DNA of 63,481 nucleotides, filler included, from Octopus bimaculoides (GCF_001194135.2; 4 parts of 4 records of this genome joined end to end with filler, not necessarily neighbours in it), one strand, 5' to 3'; counted from the first letter of the whole stretch, positions 39,209-53,300 are shown. Notes: generated by a model not told the origin, from the letters alone. Numbers and translations: made by a program.

Positions 39209-39408
39209 ATTTATTTCTCAAACGCGTGATAATGCTATAAATAGCGTAATCAGGATAAATTATCCATATAATGCAGAAAAATACGTTACTGGCCAGAGAC
39301 TCGAACTGTGAGCCTCATGGCTGGCCGGTAACGTATTTTTCTGCATTATATGGATAATTTATCCTGATCACGCTATTTATAGCATTATCACGCGTTTGAG
39401 AAATAAAT
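39209..39408. repeat. Long inverted repeat (88-bp arms, 24-nt spacer)
   Basis: Arms 39209-39296 and 39321-39408 are reverse complements, with 2 mismatches seen by eye. Confidence 0.95.
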
Positions 39409-39659
39409 TTATTACAGTAAGGTAAATATACAGACAGTTGTAACGTGACATACAAACAGGCACACAGTGTAAATATGAACACAGTAAGACAAAGTAACAC
39501 ACACGTGCGCACTCACGCACACACGCACAATAGACATGCATGTAAATATAACATAGATGTGATTATCCATATCGAATCCAATGATGACGACCACCGTTTA
39601 CTTCATTCGGAGATCTTGCGAGACAACTTCACTTTGAAGCGGGACATTTAAATGATGAA

Positions 39660-40630
39660 GTTGAGAAATCAAGTACAACTTTGTGTTTGTTTTTCCTAGC
39701 TTTTCTTGTTAGTATTGAGTACATTTCTCAGCCACATCTTCAATTTTATTAAAGTCAACGGCGGTAACGTTTTTCTTCGAAATGTTGATGCTTCTGTTTC
39801 TCAAAGTGGTTTTCAGTTGGTCATTAAATCTCTTTGGTTTTCCAGCCAGATTTTGATGACCATCCAATAAGCTAGCCGTATATAATCCTACTGGAAAGAT
39901 TAGACATGTACATCACATTTGAATGATCTTAATATTCGTTTAGTCAGATTCAGTGCTGCTGGTATTCATTTTTGACTTTGACGAACTCAGACTTCTGTCT
40001 TCTAATAACTCAAACTATCATCTCTGTGTAGAATTTGACATTTTCGAATCTAAGTTGGCAACCAGAATTTTCGAAACCATTCCGCAGAAGTTCCTTGTTT
40101 TACAAAGTCAAAAGCCTTTGACAGATCTACAAATGCAATGAACAAGTTTTTTCTGTTGTGTCACATATTTTTTCTGAATCTTTCTTGTTCTTTTGGAAGT
40201 TGCGATGTGAGTTTGCTATGATGTTCTCTGATACAGATTATCTTTCTGGCCAGCAAATGACAAGAGTCTGACATCCTCTCTATGGGAAAAAGAAACATCA
40301 AGTTAGCAGCTTTTCAATGTTGAAATATGTAGTTCTAGTTCCAACTTCCATGGTCTAGCGATGAAGCTCCCTTGCACGGAGGCTTTCGTCCTTCTTCGAA
40401 ATTTTGCTGGAATACTGTCTGGTTCTGGAAGTTTCCTGTGTCTTTTTTCTATAATCTTGATTACAGCACTAACTTCAACAAAGATTGTTGAATCAAGCTG
40501 GTCGTAGATGGCGGGAATTTCCTCAAATTCTCCGTGACTGTTCGATCTTCTGGCTTAATTAGCTGGAGTATTCTACTCAACGTCTCACTTTTGTTAATTG
40601 GTTTTTCAGTTGAGGAAAGTTTGATGACTT
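39660..40630 (-). mobile_element. Degenerate RTE-clade LINE
   Basis: Minus-strand remnants FVDLSKAFD (RT motif) and GHQNLAGKPKRFNDQLKTTLRNRSINI (RTE C-terminus), with stops, frameshifts and an internal deletion. Confidence 0.75.
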
Positions 40631-41049
40631 AAGTGGGTCATGGATCAATTTTTGGGGTATTGAGCAGGAAAAAAGGTTTTCTTATCTTTTTCTTTTCTTT
40701 CTTTTTTTTTTTAATTCAATGCAATACTTCAACTATGTTATCTAGTACTTAACTATGCGATCTTAATGCAGAAGTCAATTTTAAGAAATGTTTCATTTTC
40801 AAAAGTCTTTTTTGTTTTTGGTTAATCAGTGAATGTTCTTCACACATGCACAAAGTTATTAATCATTTTGAGAATTTGGCAATCACGGAGTGAATTACTG
40901 CTTCGCTGAAGAGGTTCAATAAGGCTAAAACTAGTACAGACTAACAATAATTAGACTCATTCTCGCCCTTGCATTGATTGAATGTTTCAAAGTTCTCACT
41001 CTTGCTCTTTCTAAGAATGAATTTTTGTTAACATTAATAACATCCTTTT

Positions 41050-42060
41050 CTCTTGAGCATTATAATTTTAATTAATTGACAATTGATAACACGCCACACC
41101 TGAAATATTGAAGCCGCAATTTATTTTTTCATACATAATACAACATGTGTGTGTGTGTTTGTGTGAGTGAGTAGTTGCATATATACGCACAAAGGTGCAT
41201 AGTACATATATGCTGGTAGATATGCATATTTGTAAGTGAACCGAGGAAAGCTTATTGACCATAGAGAAACATTAATCTCAACGTCTCTTCCACTTGTCTC
41301 CAATGATGAATGCTCTAAGTAGGAATTGGCAAGAACATTGCATACGTTGATTCTGTGAGCAAAACCAGAATGACATAGGAATACCTCAGCAGACTTCAAA
41401 CCTGAAGAAGTCAGAGCTATCTGCATTCCAGTAGATTGTATCCCATACCGTTCGTTTTATGTTGCATCAGCGCTAATACCAACACTTAGAATACTAGACT
41501 GGATGGTTGAAAATGTCTGCAACTTGGACATGAAAACTAGGAAGATATCAATCATCATAGATAGCTTCCGCCTGAACAGTAGCACTAACATGATCCATGT
41601 TAGAGGAAGGGATAGAAGTAGAGACACAAGATTAGTTCAAACGATTTCTGAGTACGTTGAAACATCTATTGAGTAGTAACGGGAGAAATGAGTACATCGT
41701 ATGTGTAATCAACGGTAAAAATCGTAACATCTTGAAAGACGATGAAGAACCTCTGAGTTACTTCTCTGAATATTTAAACAGAAACGTAGATAGAAACATT
41801 GGTTACATCAGCAAAATATTATCAAACACACGTATCTTGCAAACTAGAGGAAAACAAGAACATTGGCAGGAAAAGTTGTTAGGAAAAAAAAACATCAATG
41901 ATGAATCAAGGCGAAACTTACTACAATGGTCGTCATGGTGATGAATCCTCGTTTACATCAAGTATCATAGGTGCACTGGGCTCTGCCAGGATTCTCCAAG
42001 AAAGAACAAAGCAAACTAATCTGTATCCTCCAAATTCAATCTGTTAGCGACAGAAGGAAT
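41050..42060 (+). mobile_element. Degenerate R4/Dong-like (RLE) non-LTR retrotransposon
   Basis: Remnant ...LIPTLRILDWMVENVCNLDMKTRK... matches the same family seen at 54-58 kb. Confidence 0.65.
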
Positions 42061-42311
42061 ATTTGTAAACGGTTGCAAACATCTACCATTTGAGTTTCCT
42101 GGAATGAGCTTGTATACACGCTTGTGTATATATAACATCCACACAAAAGTGTAACGAAACACAGAAATTCGTGTCCAAAAGAAACAGGAGCGCCAATATA
42201 ACCATACATGCAACCACATCTGTACAAACATTAACTTGACTCAGACACAAACAAATCTTGTGTCTTTGTTAGTGACTGACTCTTGAATTCTGCGAAGAAT
42301 GAAAATGATTC

Positions 42312-42359
<48 letters not shown>

Positions 42360-42498
42360 NNNNNNNNNNNNNNNNNNNNNNNNNNNNNNNNNNNNNNNNN
42401 NNNNNNNNNNNNNNNNNNNNNNNNNNNNNNNNNNNNNNNNNNNNNNNNNNNNNNNNNNNNNNNNNNNNNNNNNNNNNNNNNNNNNNNNNNNNNNNNNN

Positions 42499-42551
<53 letters not shown>

Positions 42552-44039
42552 TATATATGCACAGAGAGAGAGAAAAACAGAAAAGAAACGCTACTCTCCC
42601 AACTTTGACAATGTAATGGTGGATCAGATCAAACAAAAGAGAAAAATAACGAAATATCATTGATTTCCTAATTTCTACCATCACCCCGCTCTAAACAGGT
42701 GATATGTTAAGTAACAGCAAATGTCGGCTGTTTGGGTGATCCAACTTGGGTTGGCTACGTGTCTGCGGTCTCACTTCTGGGGGCTGGTTTAATAGGGAAT
42801 ACATCAAAGAGGTTATTTATTTCATATAAAGAAGAGGCGTCCGTCTCGACTTGTTTAAATTCAGAAGAAAATCCAGAAGAAAAATAAGAAGAAAAAAAAG
42901 AGAGATTGCGACAGATAGAAAGGGGGGAATGAGCTAGAAAGAAAGAGGGGACTGGGAAAGAGAGAAGGAAGGAGGGAGGGAGGAAGGAAGATAGAGATAA
43001 AGAGGAAGATGGGAGGGAAGAACAAGAGAGAAAGAACAAGAGTCAGAAAGTGGTAGGTGGGGAGATAAAATAAAAGAGTGATAACGAAAAAGGAAGTCCT
43101 AAATAATAATAATAATAATAATAACGAAAATAAAACTAATAACAAAGAGAAGATAAAAATGATAAAGAAAAAAACAGAGAAAAAGTAAAGAAACGAAACG
43201 AAGTTGTTTTGTGGATTGTTTGTTTATTAAAGACAAGGTTTTGTACATGTGATTTCACACTTCTTATCTCCTTATAAACTAGAAGTTCCTTATCTCTGAA
43301 CAACTTTACTTTAAAGATCTTATTAAAATATCTCGACAGAATCTGAAGCCGCTAAAAAAAAAAGAAAAATCACACAGGCAAGAAAAAAAAAGTAAGTCTA
43401 AACATGCGAAATAAATCTCTATTGTTTCGTGAAAGCCTCGTGCCCCTTTCTCTCTTTTTGTTAAAAGCAAATTGGGTTATTTTAAACAAAAGATTCTTCA
43501 GCTCAACTGGAACTAACGTCTTCAATGATGGAAAATAGTTTCTGATAATTAAACTTTTTATACCCTTTTTGTTATTTTTGTTTTAATTTTCCTTCACAAA
43601 GTATTTTTTTTATTAAAGTTTTAGTCTCTCAATCGGTGCCATATATACATAGATGCAAAATATATGTTCATATGTTCAATCTCGGTCTGATCGCACACAT
43701 GATAACCAAATCGGCCCAGGTTTGGTTGTCTGATTATGAAATTCGCTTTGGAACCACATGATTATAGTTCGGACCTCACGCTATGGCCAGCTGACATCAA
43801 TCAATACCTCGAATTTACCAATGACCTACAAATCGAATCTGATTAAGGAAAAACTGCGCAGAAGACCGTGATGGATGTGTGTATATCTTCCATTTTCCAA
43901 AAGTATTTCTGCTGTTGGGGTACTTGAAATATTTTTGAACAATCTTTTCTATCCATAACGTTCTTGAGCTTCCTTTGTGAATTTGACTAGTCTGATAATA
44001 ATGGTGCAACTTCAGTTCAAGTGTTTCCCTGGTTTTAGT

Positions 44040-44320
44040 TATTCTGTCGGTGCCCACCTCTCCAGGATATGGTTGCATTGGCACTCAAGAAGCTCATCCG
44101 GCTTTGACAAGCTTTGGTGTTTAATCGATTCGTCCCGTCCAAGTCACTGAAATAACACCCTGACGCACATAACTCATGATCTCCTTCATCCCGTCTGTTG
44201 ACGACACATAAAATAATCCATGCTATGTTATCGACGATGAAGGGGAACATTATCTTGATGAAATATATCAATGAAGACCAAACAAGCATTTGTTTCTTTC
44301 TCGTCTTGAAATTCGGCAAG
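44040..44320 (-). mobile_element. Degenerate Tc1/mariner transposase fragment
   Basis: HQDNVPLH motif (second catalytic D region) and ...LERW near the end. Multiple stops. Confidence 0.4.
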
Positions 44321-44375
44321 ACTTTTTTTTCCTACACCTCTAACTCCCCCCACACACACACATATGACAGATATT

Positions 44376-44608
44376 AAGGCGACGAGCTGGCAGAATCGTT
44401 AACACGCCGAGAAAAATGCTTAGCGGTATTTCGTCTGCCACTACGTTCTGAGTTCAAATTCCGCCGAGGTCGACTTTGCCTTTCATCCTCTCGGGGTCGA
44501 TTAAATAAGTACCAGTTACGCACTGGGGTCGATATAATCGACTTAATCCGTTTGTCTGTCTTTGTTTGTCCCCTCTGTGTGTAGCCCCTTGTGGGTAGTA
44601 AAGAAATA
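44376..44608 (+). mobile_element. SINE family C
   Basis: 18-bp TSD acacatatgacagatatt (44358-44375 / 44609-44626). Confidence 0.9.
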
Positions 44609-45070
44609 ACACATATGACAGATATTCTGTATAGGTTCCAAATTTCACAGCTGCTTGATCAAACCCGAGGCTATAGTAAAAGATATTTATCCATGGGATC
44701 GAACTTCCGAAACGAATTTCGTAAGCATACAACCATATCTGTGCCCAATTTATTTTTCTTCAATTGGGAGTCGATGAAATAGACACCAATAATACACGGA
44801 TTGATCCAACCAATAATAAAAAACCCCACCTGACGTTGGAGAGTCTCAGAAGAAACCTTTACTTTGAATTAAAACCCAGCTAGCACCCATTAGCATCAAT
44901 GAGTAGCCTGCCCTTGTCAGAGTGCTCTTCTCAATGACGATTGGAATAGAAACTTTCAAGTAGGTTTCAACACCCACGTACTTGAATGTGTTCTGCCTCA
45001 ATGGTAAGCACTATTTTATTCCGGTTACGCTTCCACTAGCACAAGAGTCTGTGGTTTTCACTCGGGCGCG

Positions 45071-45108
<38 letters not shown>

Positions 45109-45223
45109 GCACGCACGCACACCAACTCATATTTTTTTCTAAAGTCTAGAGTTGATTGGTCACTAGCGTGATTCTGATTGCTGTCAAGAAGCATCTTGTT
45201 TGGTTTCGAAGAACAGTTGAAAT

Positions 45224-45258
<35 letters not shown>

Positions 45259-45359
45259 GTGACTGATATCTTTATAGTAATAAAAGAGGTCGGTGTGCTT
45301 GGGAAAAAATACTTCAACTGAGATACTACTACTGCTACCACTACAACTACCAATAATAA

Positions 45360-45704
45360 TAATAATGATAAAACGATGGCAAGAAAAGCCCCTACATGGT
45401 AAATACTGGGCTAAACTAAATACGAAAGAAATAGACAGAGAAAAATCCCAGCAATGGCTGAGAAGCTCAGGACTCAAAGCAGAGACTGAAGGATTTTTAA
45501 TTGCTGCACAAGACCAAAGCCTCCCCACCAGAAATTACCAAAAACACATAATGAAAAGAAATATAACAAGTAACTGTAGAATATGTGGAGATCGACAAGA
45601 AACAATAAATCATATTATCTCTGGCTGCCCAGTCCTGGCTAAGAAGGAATATATCCACAGACACGACAGAGCTGGGACCTATATACACTGGAAGCTATGC
45701 CAAC
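45360..45704 (+). mobile_element. R4/Dong-like LINE C-terminal fragment with CCHC zinc knuckle
   Basis: WQEKPLHGKY...ETEGFLIAAQDQSL...CRICGDRQETINHIISGC...RHD. Confidence 0.85.
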
Positions 45705-45905
45705 NNNNNNNNNNNNNNNNNNNNNNNNNNNNNNNNNNNNNNNNNNNNTTAATTAATTAANNNNNNNNNNNNNNNNNNNNNNNNNNNNNNNNNNNNNNNN
45801 NNNNACTTCCGGTCAGTCATTGTTATGGTCGGCCATTATTATGATTGACCGTTGACTGAACACTATTCAATTTTTTTCTCCGTGTTTTTCTCCTTGTCTC
45901 CGTAT

Positions 45906-45942
45906 TCTTTCTGTTGAAGAGCGTAGCTCGAAACGTCAAAGA
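45906..45942 (+). ncRNA. Minimal type-I hammerhead-ribozyme-like motif in a Penelope-like terminus
   Basis: TCTTT-CTGTTGA-A-GAGC-gta-GCTC-GAAA-CGTC-AAAGA: 5-bp stem I, 4-bp stem II, palindromic ACGT stem III and GUC triplet. The core has A6 changed to U. Confidence 0.55.
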
Positions 45943-46030
45943 CTTTCCGTATTCCCGAGCGTCATACTAATATATACTTTTGTTATTTACACCACCTGTC
46001 CTCGTCTGTTGTTATTATTTGTATATTCTC

Positions 46031-46079
<49 letters not shown>

Positions 46080-49000
46080 CACATATAGATACACATATAC
46101 ACGCATACAAACACGCATATGTGCTTACCCATACATACTTATATATACCCGTAATAGTTCATATACAAACACATGCATGTACGTACAGACTGTTGTAAGC
46201 ACATGTACACACGCACACACTCGTGGATATACGCACACATATACATATACATGTATATACATATACACATATATGTATACATTCACATTGATATTACATA
46301 TAGACAATTATACATACATACACATACACTCGCATGCACACATGATATCTATGCGGTTGTAATATTATTTGTGTGTTAGTATAGAGAGGGATGGGGGAAG
46401 GTGAAAGCGAGAGAGTTTATTGAATTATTAATATTCTGTGCGGTATCGGGAAATTTGGAGCGGTGGCAATATCTTGGGATTTACTCACTATGCTTATTTA
46501 CCAGATTTTCCTTACTCAACAGGATACACAAGGCTTCTTCAAGGCGTACGCAGTTTTAATTTTTTATTATTATTTGCCGCCGAATGTAACTGCGCTTGCG
46601 CGGTGGATTTGAAAAATTATAATGTATAAGTATGTAGCACGTGTATTTTTCGATGCTGCATAAATATGCATTAATTTTAGCGCCCTTACTGAAGAAGCAC
46701 GGATGGCAAATTAATTTATTTGCACATTGATGTAGAAACTTGAGTCTAAAGGTAACTTAAATATATAATATTTATATTTTTCATTCCCTTAGAAATTACT
46801 CTTATTCGGGGTTTGGGCTTTAACTGCCCTCTCTCGCATGTAAGGTGTCCTGTTAAAGGTACACTATTTTATATGAAAAATATGTTATCTATTGACTTTA
46901 TTACGCATGCTAGCAACCGGTAGGAAAATTTCTATAAATGTTCTACCCTTATTATTTTCACTGTACGCTAATCCGGATCTCTGCTGATGAAAGCTCCGGA
47001 GTTAGATATAATTTTATCTAGCTAAATAGCTTGAAACCATGGTACAGAGTGTAGACTGGTAAAAATGTTTTTATTTTTCATTCTCTTTCGAAATTATCCC
47101 TATTTTTGTGGTATAGAGTTTTTTGCTACTCTTTCTAGCGGGTAGATGTCCTATTATAGGCATCTCTATATTTTAAATGAATATATATATATATANNNNN
47201 NNNNNNNNNNNNNNNNNNNNNNNNNNNNNNNNNNNNNNNNNNNNNNNNNNNNNNNNNNNNNNNNNNNNNNNNNNNNNNNNNNNNNNNNNNNNNNNNNNNN
47301 NNNNNNNNNNNNNNNNNNNNNNNNNNNNNNNNNNNNNNNNNNNNNNNNNNNNNNNNNNNNNNNNNNNNNNNNNNNNNNNNNNNNNNNNNNNNNNNNNNNN
47401 NNNNNNNNNNNNNNNNNNNNNNNNNNNNNNNNNNNNNNNNNNNNNNNNNNNNNNNNNNNNNNNNNNNNNNNNNNNNNNNNNNNNNNNNNNNNNNNNNNNN
47501 NNNNNNNNNNNNNNNNNNNNNNNNNNNNNNNNNNNNNNNNNNNNNNNNNNNNNNNNNNNNNNNNNNNNNNNNNNNNNNNNNNNNNNNNNNNNNNNNNNNN
47601 NNNNNNNNNNNNNNNNNNNNNNNNNNNNNNNNNNNNNNNNNNNNNNNNNNNNNNNNNNNNNNNNNNNNNNNNNNNNNNNNNNNNNNNNNNNNNNNNNNNN
47701 NNNNNNNNNNNNNNNNNNNNNNNNNNNNNNNNNNNNNNNNNNNNNNNNNNNNNNNNNNNNNNNNNNNNNNNNNNNNNNNNNNNNNNNNNNNNNNNNNNNN
47801 NNNNNNNNNNNNNNNNNNNNNNNNNNNNNNNNNNNNNNNNNNNNNNNNNNNNNNNNNNNNNNNNNNNNNNNNNNNNNNNNNNNNNNNNNNNNNNNNNNNN
47901 NNNNNNNNNNNNNNNNNNNNNNNNNNNNNNNNNNNNNNNNNNNNNNNNNATATATATATATATATATATGGATGTATATGTGTACGTGCACGTATGTGTA
48001 CGTGCACGTATGTGTACGTATGGCCACATATACATACTTTTTTTGCTAGGAAAAGACAGACACTAGCTTCGTGGTTTCGGTTTCCTAGCCGCTTGTTAAC
48101 GGCTAAGCCGAAACTTCGAAGTTATTGTCAAAACCTCTTTCTTTTAAGGCTAAATAAATCTGCACTCTACTAAAAATTATTAAGGGTCCTTCAGTTTAAT
48201 ATTGAATTGTTTTTATATATAACTTCTCAAACATCAAACATAATTATATATAGATGTGTGCGTGTATAAGTGTAAAAGTGTTACATGTAACGATTTAATT
48301 AGAACTCAATATTATCTTTTACAATCTAAGCATAAAAGCAATGCAGCTAGGAAGATGTTGAGGCTACATACACGTAGTTCCAAGACTTCTTCTCATTGGT
48401 TGCAATGTTCAAAGAATACAGATCCATATTAGCTAATAAGAGAAAGAGATATGTATCAAAAGTTTCATATCTTTACAATTGTTTCTATGGCAAATATTTA
48501 CTACTTCATCCGAAAACACAAATATTAAATAAATTGTCAGCAAGTATTTCTTAGTTGAAGAATATTTATACAGTAACTGTTAACAAATGAAAAATAAAGA
48601 AAATAATCACGAACGAGCTCATTTTCATTAGTATAGAATAAAACTCAATAAACGTCAAATATAAGTACACGGTCCTAACTACGAAAAATAACAAAAAAAA
48701 AAAATATTAGTGAACGATATTATCACATCCACATGACAAATTTTATGAAAGTAATATACCCTTAGTGGTACTATCAAATAGCATTATCTTTTAAGAATGA
48801 TTACAGTATTATTAAGGTAGTTATTGTTAGTATTAAAAATTTGGCTCAGAGGCAATTCTAAATATCATAAGTTCACTGTATGAGGGTGGTAAGTTTGGTA
48901 GCAATTATAGTTATGCATAAATATTTAAGCGTTTACAGTACTTTATGGTTCAAATGATTTAAATGTTGATTCAATCTATTCAAAATAGTCACCATTTGCT

Positions 49001-50379
49001 ATTAAGATTTGCATTACTTCCTCTGTGCACAAACGATATGTACGCCTTTCACCTCCATTTATTTTCGCCGAGATTAAAACATAATAAAGTTTTGATGTGA
49101 TGGCCTTCGATATGAATTTCTGTAAGTATTTTGTAGTGATGCCAAATATTTTAATTATAGATTAGAGAATGAGTGCTTGTGCGGGGATACCTATTTAGAA
49201 AGGGTGGATTTTATATAATACTTAATTCCATTATGGGTAGTGATATTACATCGATATGCAACCTTTGGTGTGAGATAATAGCTCCTACAGGGACATTGGG
49301 AATTTTAAAATTACATATACCTTTAGTATCTTTCAGTTGATATTTTTTTTACTTATATTAGGTACTATATTTATTATCTTTGCTATTATTTCTGCTTGTG
49401 TTTTATAATCGTTTATCATTATTAGTATTACTATTATTAGAATTTCTATTTTTGTTTGTTCTATGTATGCGTCATTATTCGACAAAGAAACCTCACCGGA
49501 ATGTGTAATCTAACCAGTCGACCGCTAAATTCTTTTTTCTACGTATTTCACTTAAAATGTGGCAGATAAAATCCTTTCACGTTCAATCTCGAAATCTTCA
49601 ATGCACTAATCAATAAACATGCGAATAAAAAGTCTAATCATAAAATGCCTTGATGTAAATCATTAATAAAGTTGCCTCACTGCTTCTGAAACATGTCTTT
49701 ATTGATTCTTTACTGTTTGTCTTTAACAAATTTCAGTTATTTTTTATAATCTAATAAAAACGTGATGTTTGTTCTCGGATAAACATGCATATAATGGGTT
49801 CTCTTTGTTATTTTCCGTTGAATGTACATCCCCAAACACGCGGGATCTGATTTCAGTGTGAGAAAATAACTGGGGTCCATGTAATCAACCAACTCCATCT
49901 CCTCAAATCCTGGCCTTGTGATTGAAATTAGAAACCATTCTTTATTTCTTTCCTTCTTTTACATTTTACTTATATCAGTTATTAGACTCCGACCATAGTG
50001 GGATACTGCTTTGAAGATCTACAGTCAAACGAACTGGCCCCAGTACCTTTTTTCTTCTGGAGCCCAGTATTTATTCTATCGAACTCTTTTGCCGAACCGC
50101 TAAGTAACGGTGACATAAACACACCAACACCAGTTGTTAAGCGACAATAGAGGACAAACACAAAGTTACACACACACACACATGCATCCATGCATGTATG
50201 CATGTATGCATGTATGCATGCATGCATACATACATACACGTGAAATGTCGTATTTGAAAGGGAACAATAAAATGTTTCAGAAGTTTTAGAGAACTGGTTT
50301 AGTTACTCAAAAGAAGGGGTCTATCCGCGGTTGCCACAGAAAAGCAAGCTTCTCCTGAATGCTTTACCTCCCAAACCAA

Positions 50380-53300
50380 TATTAACTGCAATGACAAAGA
50401 GAAAGAAGACCTGAACGATCAATGGATTGCAGTGACAAAAGTGGATAGGCGAAAGAGGAGGAAAGTACACAGCCCCACTCCAAGAACGCAACAAAGGGAT
50501 ATACTGAAACTACAACTGCAACACAATTTACAACCACTCCAACAAAAACAACAACTTCAAAAACAGCAACATCATCAACAACAGCATAAAATCACAGAAA
50601 CACAGAAACAACCAATTACGGAACTTCAAAACAAGAATATTCATCAGACTGTAGACGAAATGTATCCATCAATTTCACTGTTGTGAACAAGTGCAACAGT
50701 GAGTTGATGGATTTTTTAAGTCAAAACAAAATAGAAATAGAGGGAAAGAATTTTGAAGATTTTATCCTCAAAACATTCAAAAACAGACTATTAAAACGTC
50801 GTCAAACGCTTATAAAACTATAAGAGAAAAATTCCCATGTAGTGTGGGGATTTTTAAAAAATCAGTTAATAAAAGGCTGTTGGAAGGACCTTTTAAAACA
50901 TTTTCGCCAGTAGAGATGCCCGGAACTTCCGGGCTTCTCGAGAATCAAGGTAAGTAACCTCCTCTTTCTCTTTCTCGACTAGCATGACTGTGCAGAGAAT
51001 GGGGTGTATGAATGAACGTGACCTGGTCGCTTGATTTAGATGTGGCTGCCATTAGTGAAACAAGAATCTCCGGAAAACACGCTCTAGCATCCATTTTCGA
51101 GGATTACGAGGTATTCTCATCTTGTGGTCTATCGGTGTAGAAGTGCTACTCCGGAAATCTTTAAATCTCCAAGTGCGGGCTATATTCCTGGACCTGGATG
51201 GTAGGGTGGTGGTCCTGACGTGAACGGCAGCGAAGGTTGCGCCTTTAGACTGGTGGCAATTTATGCCCCAACAGAGGCTGGAAGGCCACATTTCTTCAGG
51301 CGTCTAGAAACATTCTTGGGAACGTCTCGCACTTTAGTACTAGTGGGGAATCGGAATAGTATTTCGGGCGCACGGAAGGACTGTGTGGGTTTACCACAAA
51401 GCAGAAGCGGGTGTATAAGGTCGAAAATCTGCTCAGGACTTTCCAATTTTCTGACAGGTACCTACTGGCTTTCTATGATGTGCCAATGTGGACATGGAGC
51501 AACCACAGCGGTGTCATCCAGATTGTATTTAGATAGAGTACTTGTTAGGTCAGAGGCTAGGGATAGCACAGGTTCTTTACAATTTAAATTAGTCGGCTAC
51601 ACAGATTACAAATTGTTCAGTCGATTTAGGCAGGTCCTGCAGACAGGGATCCAATACCGACTCGCAAAGACTACAGGGACCGGATTGGCGAACTAGTTAA
51701 GCAGCAGTTGACGGGGTCGATCTCGTCAGCAACCGGTGGTGGTTGTTCGCTCCGAAGAGAGTGATTAGAGTAGAATCGATAGCGATTAGCAAAGATTTAG
51801 CGATAGAAAGAAATAGATTAGAGGAAGAACTAGTTAGCAAACTAGAATAGGCTATTAGTAAAGGCATCGCGACCGACGTGTTAGCGACGAGAAAGGCCCT
51901 TGACCTTTTCTATGAGGCGAAACACGAAGGATGCGTTGTCAGAGCTAAGGGCCGTGCTCTAAAACAAGAAGGAACTAAAGCTGTCCGATGGGCCCGAACG
52001 GTAGAGCCGCAACGTGGAAATAAAACCACGATTAAGTCTTTGACAGATCAGGATAGGCACGTGTTACTCGTTTCTGAGCAGATGTGTGCGGCTTTCCAGC
52101 AGCACTTTGAGCGGCTGTTTGGGGAGGGCGAAGCGTTGACAGTAGCAGATTTTACTTCGTATCTGGTCGGCCTACCACGGCTCTCGGTAACGGACTCGAG
52201 ATTCTGCGAAAAGCCGATTACATCCACTGAAATACGGGAGGTAATGAGCGATTGCACAAGTCGCACGGTTTAGATGGTCTGCCCAACGAATTCTATGTAT
52301 TCATGCCAGATTTGTTTGGCAGACTCTTGGTAGAGTAATTGGCAGTAAAACAGAAGTATTCCTAGTGCTGTTAGCTGGGGTGTGGTAACACTGCTGAGAA
52401 AGGACGCCAACAATGGGGACGTGCCAGGGAATTTTCGGCAAATAACTCTGCTAAACATAGAGTTTAAGATTTTGGCCAAGGTGTTAGCGAAAAGGTTGGC
52501 GCTTGTCGTTGATAGTCTGGTCGGAGTGGCACAAACGTGTGCAATCCCGAGCAGGTCTATCCACGACAACCTCCACCTTATGCAATACACGCCTTTCCAC
52601 AGCTCGTGTGAGACTTGCCTTTCCACAGCTCGTCTCCTTAACGGAGCTGCAGTCCTGGGTAAAGAATAGGCCGAGACTGGACACCTGGTGCTTAGAATAT
52701 CGTCAGATACAAGTCGGGCAATAGGATCGGTAGATATACAGAGGATTAGTAGCGAGGAACTGCGACTACGTCCTCGGGGAGACCCAACAAGGTGGGGAAG
52801 CAAAACTTGCAAAATTGCTGTAACATTTGAAACTCTCTCATTAGTAATTCAAAAATTGATTAATAACGTTCACATATAATTACAAAAACGAATAGTTTAT
52901 TTTGTGCGGCTTGCATTGTTTGAAATTACAGCCTCCACACGGCCCTGGAACCCCGCACAACGAAGTGACTGTGCATTGGCAACATTCAGAGATTTGATTT
53001 GGGGATGGGAGGTTTTGTTGATAGCATGCTCCAAAATGCCCCACGCGGCATAGTCCAGAGGTTGAGATCCGGGCTGGACAAAGGCCAGAAGTCTTCAGGC
53101 TAGAAAACGAAGTTGGATATGCAGAAATTCTGTACTTTCTTGGCAGTATGGCTGTGAGCACCATCTTGGGTCCACACATAGGTGCCCTCCGGGTAGTTGG
53201 CCTTGAGCCATGGCAAAACATGGTACTCAACGTCTTGTATTAGGCGTCAACCTCTCCACCGGGGATATAGAAGTAGCTGGGCATCTTTCTTCGTCGGAGG

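Noticed and set aside
46983-47010. CTGATGA plus stem as a hammerhead (also CTGAAGA at about 46689)
   Set aside because: No GAAA after stem II and no stem III or cleavage triplet.
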